A stretch of 64,000 bases of DNA, from NCBI GenBank assembly GCA_934169775.1, contig CAKPOI010000001.1, positions 16,558 through 80,557 on the forward strand, written 5' to 3'. The notes under the pieces were generated by a model. It was not told the DNA's origin. It did not search any database and saw nothing but the letters and a program-made list of their open reading frames with translations. Positions 1 through 8,155 of the stretch are shown in pieces. Made by a program: the position numbers and the translations under genes. Each line of letters opens with the position of its first letter. Position 1 is the first letter of the stretch. The DNA is from an uncultured Clostridia bacterium (GTDB taxonomy: Bacteria; Bacillota; Clostridia; TANB77; CAG-508).

Positions 1-261
1 TATTAGCTTGTTTACTGGGTACATTACATATTTTGATATATATTTGTATATATACATTTCTATTATTATTGTTGCTAATATTCCCACTGCTATAAATATT
101 AAAACACTGGCTTTATTTGTGGCTTTGTAACTTGCTACTCCTGCTAATGTTATTAATATAATTTGTGTGATGCATATTATTGATATTATTTTGGATTGAG
201 TGTTCTTCAACATTTTTCTCTGTTTCCTTTCTTGCTAATAATTAAGATTTATATTTTCTTA

Positions 262-1389
262 TCATTTTGTATTTTTTGTATTTACTAATTGTGTAATTTC
301 TTTATATATTCTATCTTCTGCATCTTTTGTTGCTGCTTTTAGTGCATTTTCTCCCATTTTTTTTGCTTTGTTTCCCTGTAAAATTTGCATTATTGTTTTT
401 TGCAAATTTACTCCTTTTAGTTCATTATCTAATATAATTTTTGCTGCTTCTATTTTTTCTAATACTTGTGCATTATATAATTGATGATTATGGCTTACAT
501 TTGGCAATGGTATTAATATTGATGGTTTTCCTAAATTTGCTATTTCTGTTATAGTCATTGCTCCACTTCTTGCTACTATTAAATCTGCTATATTCATTAT
601 TTCTTCCATGTTATATATGTATGGTACAATTTTTGCATTTTCTATATTGTTTATTGATATCTTGTTTTCTTCTAATTTTTCTTTTACTATTTCATATTGT
701 TTTGGTCCTGTTGCCCACATTATTTGATATTCTTTGTTTTGTTTTTGTTTTATTATTTCTATTATTGCTTCATTTATTTTTTGTGCTCCTTGGCTTCCAC
801 CAAATATCAATACTATTGGTTTTTCATTTTTTAATCCTGCTTTTTTTATTATTTCATTTTTTTCTTCTTTTGTATATTCTCTTTTTTGAGTTTTTACTGG
901 TGTTCCTGTAAATACTATTCTATTTTTGCTTTCTATTCTTGGTATTGCATCCTCAAATGATACCATTATTGTGTTTGTTTTTTTGGCTAACATTTTTACT
1001 GCTTTTCCTGGGAATGCATTGCTTTCATGTAACATTGTTGGTATTTGTAATTTGTTTGCTTCCCATATTGTTGCACCACAAATGTATCCACCTGTTCCTA
1101 TTACTATATCTGGTTTAAATTCTTGTATTATTTTTTTTGCTTCTTTAAATCCTTTTAATGTTTTTATCATTTTTTTTATGTTTTCTATTGTTATTTTTTT
1201 GCTTAATCCATATGCATCTATTGTTTTTAGCTCATAGCCAGCTCTTGGTACTAAATCATTCTCTAGCCCTCTGGTTGTTCCTATAAATATGATTTTTGAA
1301 TCTTTTTCTTCTTTTTTTATTTTGTTTGCTATGGCTAAACCTGGATTGATATGTCCTGCTGTTCCTGCAGCTGCTATTATTACTCTCAT
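262..1389 (-). CDS. murG: MurG, UDP-GlcNAc:lipid I N-acetylglucosaminyltransferase. Start placed at MRVIIAAAGTAGH; the longer ORF-track start runs into the GC-rich repeat.
   Basis: N-terminal MRVIIAAAGTAGHINPGLAIA motif and the GT28 family signature. Last gene of the dcw cluster. Confidence 0.85.
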   Translation of the reverse strand: MRVIIAAAGTAGHINPGLAIANKIKKEEKDSKIIFIGTTRGLENDLVPRAGYELKTIDAYGLSKKITIENIKKMIKTLKGFKEAKKIIQEFKPDIVIGTGGYICGATIWEANKLQIPTMLHESNAFPGKAVKMLAKKTNTIMVSFEDAIPRIESKNRIVFTGTPVKTQKREYTKEEKNEIIKKAGLKNEKPIVLIFGGSQGAQKINEAIIEIIKQKQNKEYQIMWATGPKQYEIVKEKLEENKISINNIENAKIVPYIYNMEEIMNIADLIVARSGAMTITEIANLGKPSILIPLPNVSHNHQLYNAQVLEKIEAAKIILDNELKGVNLQKTIMQILQGNKAKKMGENALKAATKDAEDRIYKEITQLVNTKNTK

Positions 1390-1404
1390 TTTTTTCTTCC
1401 TTTC

Positions 1405-1468
1405 TGATGTTTTTGGGGACGGACTCAAAAAACACTAGTGTTTTTTTGCTCCGTCCCTAAAAACACTA
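1405..1468. repeat. Two inverted copies of the GC-rich intergenic repeat (TTTTGGGGACGGACTCAAAAAACACT / AGTGTTTTTTTGCTCCGTCCCTAAAAACACT) forming an imperfect palindrome.
   Basis: A GC-rich island in AT-rich DNA. Members of the same family occur at 7589, 24677, 42484, 42754, 47526 and 59851. Confidence 0.7.
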
Positions 1469-1475
1469 CTCAATG

Positions 1476-1603
1476 TTAATTGAGAAATAATTAAATTTTG
1501 GCAAGGAAAATTTTATTTAAAAGGCAAGGGCGCATACGTAGTGTATGTAACCGCGTTTTAAATGAAATTTGACGCAGCCAAAATTGTAATTATTTCTCAA
1601 TTC
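1476..1603. repeat. About 128-bp element bounded by 27-bp inverted repeats (TTAATTGAGAAATAATTAAATTTTGGC / GCCAAAATTGTAATTATTTCTCAATTC). It lies between ftsW and murG and abuts the ftsW stop codon.
   Basis: Near-perfect inverted termini seen directly. The TTGAGAAATA ends resemble those of the 34381-34583 element. Confidence 0.5.
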
Positions 1604-2727
1604 TTTGCACTGGCACGCGAAATATTCAGTAATACTCCCATCTGGCATAATAAGATGAATAATGCTGTTCCTCCATAACTAAAGAATGGTAGTGGCATTC
1701 CTGTAGCTGGCATTGAAGATGTAACAACTGCTATATTTATAATTACTTGTATACCAACTAAAGCTGTAATTCCAACAGCTACTAAGCTTCCAAACATGTC
1801 TGGTGCTTTCATTGCAATTAATATTCCTCTCCAAATAAAAATTGCAAATAAAATTATTATTACTGTGCAACCTACAAATCCTAATTCTTCTCCTATTATT
1901 GAAAAGATGAAGTCATTGTGTGGTTCTGGTATGTATAAATATTTTTGTTTGCTATCTCCTAGTCCTACTCCAAAAAGTCCTCCTGATCCTATTGCATACA
2001 AGCTTTGTATAACTTGCCATCCTGTATCTGTTGCATCTTTCCAAGGGTCTAAAAATGATACTACTCTTTTTAATCTATATGGTGATTTTACTATTAATAA
2101 TATTATTGATGGAATTCCTACTCCTCCTCCAACTGCTATGAATTGTGAGAATTTGCATCCTGCTACTATCATCATTATACATACTATTCCTACTATAACT
2201 ATTGAGGCACTAAAGTGTGGCTCTAATATTAATAAAGCTATTAGTGGCGCTACCATACAGATATGTTTTACTAGTCCTTTCCAGAAATATGGTAAATCGT
2301 CTCTATTTTTTACTAATATTCCTGCATAAAATATTATTACCAAAAATTTTACTATTTCTGATGGTTGAAATGATAGTGTTTCTGTTATATATATCCATCT
2401 TTGTGCTCCATTTACTGTTTTTCCTATTAATTTTACTGCTACTAGTAATGCTGCTGATATCCACCAGGCTTGTTTATAGAATTTTTGATAAAATCTATAA
2501 TCTATTTTTGAAATTGCCATCATTGCAATTACTCCTAATACTGCAAATAGTAGTTGTTTATTGAAGTATTTGTAGCTGTCTCCTGTTATTGCTAATGCTG
2601 ATGGTGAACTTGCTGATAATACCATTACTAGCCCTATTCCTATTAGCAATATTATTGTTATTAATAATGTAAAATCAATTGGATTATTTAAAAAGCTTGA
2701 AAATTTTCCTGTTTTTTTCTTTGCCAA
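1597..2727 (-). CDS. ftsW: FtsW/SpoVE (SEDS-family) peptidoglycan glycosyltransferase.
   Basis: Ten-TM SEDS-like sequence (GLGxSxQK-like and PExHTDFIF motifs). Sits in the dcw cluster. Confidence 0.85.
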   Translation of the reverse strand: MAKKKTGKFSSFLNNPIDFTLLITIILLIGIGLVMVLSASSPSALAITGDSYKYFNKQLLFAVLGVIAMMAISKIDYRFYQKFYKQAWWISAALLVAVKLIGKTVNGAQRWIYITETLSFQPSEIVKFLVIIFYAGILVKNRDDLPYFWKGLVKHICMVAPLIALLILEPHFSASIVIVGIVCIMMIVAGCKFSQFIAVGGGVGIPSIILLIVKSPYRLKRVVSFLDPWKDATDTGWQVIQSLYAIGSGGLFGVGLGDSKQKYLYIPEPHNDFIFSIIGEELGFVGCTVIIILFAIFIWRGILIAMKAPDMFGSLVAVGITALVGIQVIINIAVVTSSMPATGMPLPFFSYGGTALFILLCQMGVLLNISRASAKN

Positions 2728-2859
2728 TTTTATCTCATTCCTTTCTTATGTGTGACTTTAGTTTGAAAATAGTTTTATTTTTTCTTATTAAAAATAGTTA
2801 TAAGGTTGGAAAAAATTAAATTTTAGTTATAATATTTTTCAACCTTATTCCTCCTTTTT

Positions 2860-3849
2860 TTATATTATTTTTAATCCAATCATACACACAATTAAAGTTG
2901 TTATACTAAATATTATTACAACTTTATTTTCTTTCCATCCTGATAATTCAAAATGGTGGTGTAATGGTGCCATCTTGAATATTCTTTTTCCTGTTTTCTT
3001 AAAGTATAACACTTGCATTATTACAGATAATGTTTCTATTACTGGTACTAATGCTATTACTAACAATATTAATGGCATTTTTAAATATAGTGCTATTCCT
3101 GATATAACACCTCCTAATAATAATGAACCTGTGTCTCCCATAAATACTTTTGCTGGGTGTAGGTTAAACATTAAAAATCCTAAAACTGAACCTATTACTA
3201 TACTTCCAAATACAGATACTTCTGTTACTCCTCTTAACATTCCTATTACTGTTAAACATGTTATTATTATTGTTGATACACTAGATGATAATCCATCTAT
3301 TCCATCTGTTAAGTTTATTGCATTTGTTGTTGCTAGTATTACACATATTGCTGCTGGTACATATATATATAATGGCAATGTTATATATTGTTTTAATATT
3401 GGTATATATGTGTCTGTTCCTAGTTTTAATCCTTCTATTAGATATAATACATATGCTACTGATATTACTAGTAATCCTAGCATTTTATAACTTGGTTTTA
3501 GTCCTTCTGTGTTTTTTAGTACTAATTTTTTGTAGTCATCTATGAATCCTATTGCTCCAAATCCTATTGTTAGCAACAAAATTGGTATTAGCTTTGCTGA
3601 TAATTCTCCTTCTCCAGTTGCAACTAAATATACTGATGTTGCTACTGTTCCTATTATCATTGTGATTATTATTACTATTCCTCCCATTGTAGGAGTTCCT
3701 TGTTTTTTTAGATGTGATGCTGGACCATCATCTCTTTCTATTTGACCTACTTTTAATTTTCTTAATATTGGTATTGTTATGATTCCTAATATGATTGATA
3801 TTGCAAATGACACTAGCAATACTTCTATTTCAAAACTCACTTTTATCAA
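2860..3849 (-). CDS. mraY: MraY, phospho-N-acetylmuramoyl-pentapeptide transferase.
   Basis: GT4 MraY motifs (NAxNLTDGxDGL, DTGS). dcw context. Confidence 0.9.
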   Translation of the reverse strand: MIKVSFEIEVLLVSFAISIILGIITIPILRKLKVGQIERDDGPASHLKKQGTPTMGGIVIIITMIIGTVATSVYLVATGEGELSAKLIPILLLTIGFGAIGFIDDYKKLVLKNTEGLKPSYKMLGLLVISVAYVLYLIEGLKLGTDTYIPILKQYITLPLYIYVPAAICVILATTNAINLTDGIDGLSSSVSTIIITCLTVIGMLRGVTEVSVFGSIVIGSVLGFLMFNLHPAKVFMGDTGSLLLGGVISGIALYLKMPLILLVIALVPVIETLSVIMQVLYFKKTGKRIFKMAPLHHHFELSGWKENKVVIIFSITTLIVCMIGLKII

Positions 3850-3926
3850 AACCTTTCGTATTTGATTTCTTTGTATATTTTATTCTATGTTTTTATTATT
3901 TATTTATGTTTGTACTATTATTGTAA

Positions 3927-5411
3927 CTATTTTTTATTTTTTTCTAGTTTTTCAATAATTTCGTTTACTATTATTCTTTCGTCAAATGGATATTTTACTC
4001 CATTTATTTCTTGATATGGCTCATGTCCTTTTCCTGCTAATATTATTATGTCTTTTTTGTTTGCCATTTTTATTGCTTTTTCTATTGCTTCTGTTCTGTC
4101 TACTATTACTTCATATTTTCCTTTTGTCTTTTTTATTCCTTCTTCTATTTGATTTACTATTTTTTGTGGTTCTTCTGTTCTTGGATTGTCTGATGTTATT
4201 ATTGTGTAGTCTGCTATTTTTCCAGATATTTCACCCATTATTGGTCTTTTTCCGCTGTCTCTGTCTCCTCCACATCCAAATACTGAGATTACTCTTCCTC
4301 TTGTGTAACTTTTTGCTGCTTGTAATATATTTTGTAAGCTTTCTGGTGAGTGTGCATAGTCTATCATTATTGTTAGCTCTTCTTTGTTGTTTACTAATTC
4401 TGATCTTCCTGGTACTCTTACTTCTAATAATGCTTCTTTTATTATTTCTGGTGATATTCCAAATTTTTGTGCTACACATATTGCTGCTAATGAATTATAT
4501 ACACTAAATCTTCCTGGTATTCCTGTTTTTACTCTTTCATTTCTGTCTGTTATTTTTACTTTGAAGTCTACATATGCATTTGTTATTGTTATGTCTTTTG
4601 CTAATACATTTGCAAAGTTGTCTATTCCATATGTTGTTATATTGCTTTCTGGAAATAGCTTTGGTATTTTTGCTCCATGTAAGTCATCTACATTTACTAT
4701 TCCTGTTTTACACATGTGGAATAATTTTAGTTTTGATTGGAAATAGTCTTCCATGTTTGGATGTTCGTTTGGACTGATGTGGTCTTCTGAAAAGTTTGTG
4801 AATAATACTATATCAAATTTGCATCCGTCTACTCTATGTAATTTTAAGCTTTGTGAAGATACTTCCATTACTACAACTTCTACTCCTTCTTCTACCATTT
4901 GACTGAATAGTTGTTGTAATTCTAAGCTTTCTGGTGTTGTTCTGTCACTGTCTTTTATTTTCTTTCCATTTATATATGTTGCTATTGTTCCTATTAATCC
5001 TACTTTTTTGCCTGCTTTTTCTAGGATTTCTTTTATCATATATGTTGTTGTTGTTTTTCCTTTTGTTCCTGTTACTCCTATTAGTTTTAGCTTTGCTGAT
5101 GGATTTCCGTAAAAGTTTGATGCACTTATTGCTAATCCTTCTCTTGTGTTTGGTGCCATTATTACTGTTATTTCTTCTGGTATTTTTATTCCTTTTATAT
5201 TGCACCCTTCTTCTATCATTATTGCTGTTGCTCCGTTTTCTATTGCGTTTTCAATAAATTGGTGCCCATCTACTGCAAATCCTTTTATTGCTATAAATAG
5301 ATATCCTTCTTTTACTTCTTTTGAGTTTTTTTCTATTCCTTTTATTTCTTTATTTAAGTCTCCTCTTACTTTTAACCCTTCTAGCCCTATTAATATTTTT
5401 TTTAATTCCAT
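3927..5411 (-). CDS. murE: MurE, UDP-MurNAc-L-Ala-D-Glu:meso-DAP ligase (DNPR motif present).
   Basis: Mur ligase fold (GVTGTKGKTTT P-loop) and a DNPR motif near the C-terminus. Confidence 0.85.
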   Translation of the reverse strand: MELKKILIGLEGLKVRGDLNKEIKGIEKNSKEVKEGYLFIAIKGFAVDGHQFIENAIENGATAIMIEEGCNIKGIKIPEEITVIMAPNTREGLAISASNFYGNPSAKLKLIGVTGTKGKTTTTYMIKEILEKAGKKVGLIGTIATYINGKKIKDSDRTTPESLELQQLFSQMVEEGVEVVVMEVSSQSLKLHRVDGCKFDIVLFTNFSEDHISPNEHPNMEDYFQSKLKLFHMCKTGIVNVDDLHGAKIPKLFPESNITTYGIDNFANVLAKDITITNAYVDFKVKITDRNERVKTGIPGRFSVYNSLAAICVAQKFGISPEIIKEALLEVRVPGRSELVNNKEELTIMIDYAHSPESLQNILQAAKSYTRGRVISVFGCGGDRDSGKRPIMGEISGKIADYTIITSDNPRTEEPQKIVNQIEEGIKKTKGKYEVIVDRTEAIEKAIKMANKKDIIILAGKGHEPYQEINGVKYPFDERIIVNEIIEKLEKNKK

Positions 5412-5530
5412 TTAGAATCATCCCTTCGTTTTATTATGTTTTGCTGATAAAGTCTTATCTGCAATTTTTAGTATATTATATATCTATTTTTCTTTTTTGT
5501 ATAGAGTTTTTTTTATTTTTTTGCTATTAT

Positions 5531-5578
5531 GGGAAAAAATATAACTGTATAAATTATATTGCTAAAATTTATACAGTT
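5531..5578 (-). terminator. Rho-independent terminator downstream of the 5586..6815 gene.
   Basis: 13-bp stem AACTGTATAAATT/AATTTATACAGTT followed by a T-run on the minus strand. Confidence 0.45.
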
Positions 5579-5585
5579 TATTTTT

Positions 5586-6815
5586 TTATTTATAAAATGT
5601 ACTTCTGAAGCTAACATTGTTGTAGTTGTGTTTCGTATCATAATTTGAGCGACTAGCGGCTGAAAAACTAGAACCTGTATCATAATAACTGCCTCCTCTA
5701 ATAACACAGCTCTTATCATTGCTAGAATTAGCATATTCTAACGTCCATTCCCATTCATTTCCTGCTAAATCATATATATTCATTTTATTGGTTTCTTCTG
5801 ATGCTCCTGCTGATAATATAATATTACTTGCAGCTTTTGTTCCTGTTATTACTTCCCAAGTTTTGCCAGTATCTGTTGAATGTTTTGCATTTACACTTGA
5901 TATTGTCCTTGTTGTATTACTATAATTTCCCCAACTTGTACTATTGGAATTTATTTCGCCTATTGTTCCTCCACTTTTTATTTCTAAGAATTTGCATACT
6001 ATATCCCATTGAATTCCAAACATTAAACTACTTGTATAATCATTACTTGGTTTCATCTCTTTTGCTAATGCTTGTGCTTCACTACATAATAACCAGTTAT
6101 ATGGTATTGCATCTTTTTGACTTATTGCTTTTGGTGATATTCCAATTACTACATTTGAATGTGATGTTCTAGTTTTTGATGTATCTGTTGTACTTCCTTC
6201 TATTCCTGCTTCATATCTTGCAACCCAAAATCCTCCATAATTATATACACTTTTTAACATTTTTTGATATGCTTCTGTATATTCTTCTGAAGTCATTCCA
6301 CAGCCTTCGTACCATTCATCTTGCCAATTTAATCCTTGACCTGCTTTTCCTTCTCTATACGTTGTTGCATATGCTATTAATTTTTCTTTTATTGCTATAT
6401 AAATTTCAGTTGACATATTATTTGTATCAATTGTAAGTCCTGAAAACACTGTTGTTTTTGGTACTTCTACCCATACCCATTCATTATTATTTTTGTCTTT
6501 TATTACTATTCCTTTATTTGCATCTGATTCTATTACTGTTGAACCAGAAGGCATTGCTCCTGCTGGGTTTGTATTTGATAAATTTATATTATTAAAATTT
6601 GTTGCATTATTTAAAGCGTCTTCCATGTTTGACAATGTTTGTTCTTCTTCTTTTTGTGCTTGGCTAGTCTTTTCTTTTGCTTCTTTTGCTCTTGTTAATA
6701 TTCCATTGTCTCCACTTAAAGCCGCTATTGTCACTCCTGCTAGTATTAGAAGTACGATAGTTGTTATTACTAATGCTATTAATGTTATACCTTTATTTCT
6801 TATTTTGCTTTCCAT
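5586..6815 (-). CDS. Pilin-like N-terminal anchor plus FGE-sulfatase/C-type-lectin-fold domain protein. Paralog of the DGR target at 57048..58361; its C-terminal VR-like region has diverged from the TR.
   Basis: N-terminus KGITLIALVITTIVLLILAGVTIAALSG. C-terminal FGE/SUMF1-type motifs (GFWVARYEAG, AGNEWEWT, RGGSYY). About 75% identity to the 57048..58361 protein. Confidence 0.7.
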   Translation of the reverse strand: MESKIRNKGITLIALVITTIVLLILAGVTIAALSGDNGILTRAKEAKEKTSQAQKEEEQTLSNMEDALNNATNFNNINLSNTNPAGAMPSGSTVIESDANKGIVIKDKNNNEWVWVEVPKTTVFSGLTIDTNNMSTEIYIAIKEKLIAYATTYREGKAGQGLNWQDEWYEGCGMTSEEYTEAYQKMLKSVYNYGGFWVARYEAGIEGSTTDTSKTRTSHSNVVIGISPKAISQKDAIPYNWLLCSEAQALAKEMKPSNDYTSSLMFGIQWDIVCKFLEIKSGGTIGEINSNSTSWGNYSNTTRTISSVNAKHSTDTGKTWEVITGTKAASNIILSAGASEETNKMNIYDLAGNEWEWTLEYANSSNDKSCVIRGGSYYDTGSSFSAASRSNYDTKHNYNNVSFRSTFYK

Positions 6816-7173
6816 CTAAAACTCCATTCCTTTCTCACTTCACTCAATTGCTATATAGTTAATTTTTTTAAATTATTTTGCTTTTTAGTGAAGATATTAA
6901 ATTTTTTTCTTAAGTTTTTATATAAATCTTAAAGTCTTACTATTATATAGTATTTACATTTTTTTATTACTTTATACTTTATACATCGTTCCCCTCCTAT
7001 TCATTTTTATTCTTTTGTATTTTAAATACGAGTTTTGTCAATTTGTATTTTATCAAAAACTTTTTTTAGTGTAAATAGTTTTTTGTAAAAATATCATTTA
7101 TAAATTGTTTTTTATCGTTTATAAAATCATTCTAAAAATTTGCTTAAAAGTTTATATTATATTTATATATTAA

Positions 7174-7521
7174 TTGAAAGTAGGTAATTATATGAAAAAC
7201 ATTGAAATGAACGAACACATAGGAAAAGTTTGTCAAAAATATAGATTAAAAAATAAATTAACTCAAAATGAAGTTGCTGAATTAACTGGCCTAGAGCCTA
7301 GACATATTAGTCAAATTGAAAGAGGCATGTCAAAAGGGAGCATTGATACTTTAATTAAATTGTGTAATGCATATCAAATAACTCCTGATATAATTTTGTT
7401 TGATTTATTAGATAATAATATAAAAAACTCTATCTCTATATATGATGAGAAATTTAAAAAATTGAGTAAGCGTGACAAAGATTCTATTTTACATTTTATT
7501 GATTATTTTTTGTCTAAATAA
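7174..7521 (+). CDS. XRE-family helix-turn-helix transcriptional regulator.
   Basis: LTQNEVAELTGLEPRHISQIERG HTH motif. Confidence 0.75.
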   Translation: MKVGNYMKNIEMNEHIGKVCQKYRLKNKLTQNEVAELTGLEPRHISQIERGMSKGSIDTLIKLCNAYQITPDIILFDLLDNNIKNSISIYDEKFKKLSKRDKDSILHFIDYFLSK

Positions 7522-7541
7522 TTTTTTATTTTATGTTTTAT

Positions 7542-7580
7542 AACTAATGATTTTTCCCGTTTCGAATCATTAGTTTTTTT
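7542..7580 (+). terminator. Rho-independent terminator after the XRE gene.
   Basis: AACTAATGATT...AATCATTAGTT stem followed by T7. Confidence 0.55.
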
Positions 7581-7588
7581 GAATTTTT

Positions 7589-7660
7589 AGTGTTTTTTGA
7601 GTCCGGCCCCAAAAGCATTAGTGTTTTTTTGAGTCCGGCCCCAAAAGCACTAAAAACACT
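7589..7660. repeat. Two tandem copies of the GC-rich repeat (AGTGTTTTTTGAGTCCGGCCCCAAAAGCA) ending in an inverted AAAAACACT.
   Basis: Seen directly. Same family as the 1405, 24677, 42484, 42754, 47526 and 59851 copies. Confidence 0.7.
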
Positions 7661-7936
7661 TTAGATTTTTTTTAAATCTTCTCCGTATTTTATTCCTAAT
7701 GAATAACTAAATGCAAAATAATATTCTTCTGTTTTATAAAATAGTTTTATTATTTCATTAAATTTTTCTTTTTGTTCCCCTTCTAATGAATTGTCTAATT
7801 CTTCTATTAACTTTGATAAATTCATATAATACTTACTAAATTCTTTATTGTTCCCTAAAATATATGACTTGCTTTCTATAAAGTCACTTATATATTTATA
7901 ATCTTTATTTTCAAAAATTTTCATTTCAACTCTCAT
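7661..7936 (-). CDS. Hypothetical small protein (91 aa), convergent with the XRE gene.
   Basis: ORF only. No recognisable motif. Confidence 0.35.
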   Translation of the reverse strand: MRVEMKIFENKDYKYISDFIESKSYILGNNKEFSKYYMNLSKLIEELDNSLEGEQKEKFNEIIKLFYKTEEYYFAFSYSLGIKYGEDLKKI

Positions 7937-8155
7937 TCCCTTCTTTTTGATATTTTAATATAATAATGAATTTTTATTATTTCATACTTATTTTTCTTTT
8001 TTTATTTTGTCCATTTTATTTTTTATAATTCTTTTTATTTTGTTTATTTTATTTTTGTAAAAGATAATTTTTATATTTTTAAAATTTGATACAAAAATAG
8101 CTGTTTTATTAATTCCCAGCTATTTTCTATCGAATATATATACCTCGTTTTCTTT

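Noticed and set aside
5589-5720. C-terminus of the 5586..6815 protein as a second active VR of the same TR.
   Set aside because: It is related to the TR, but the differences include many C-to-T, G-to-A and T-to-G changes at non-adenine TR positions. It is therefore not a faithful VR. It is kept only as a diverged paralog.
7589-7660. Possible CRISPR array (tandem GC-rich direct repeats here and at 47526-47585).
   Set aside because: Only two repeat units per locus, with no regular unique spacers and no cas genes. The units belong to the dispersed REP/MITE-like family, which also occurs as inverted pairs.
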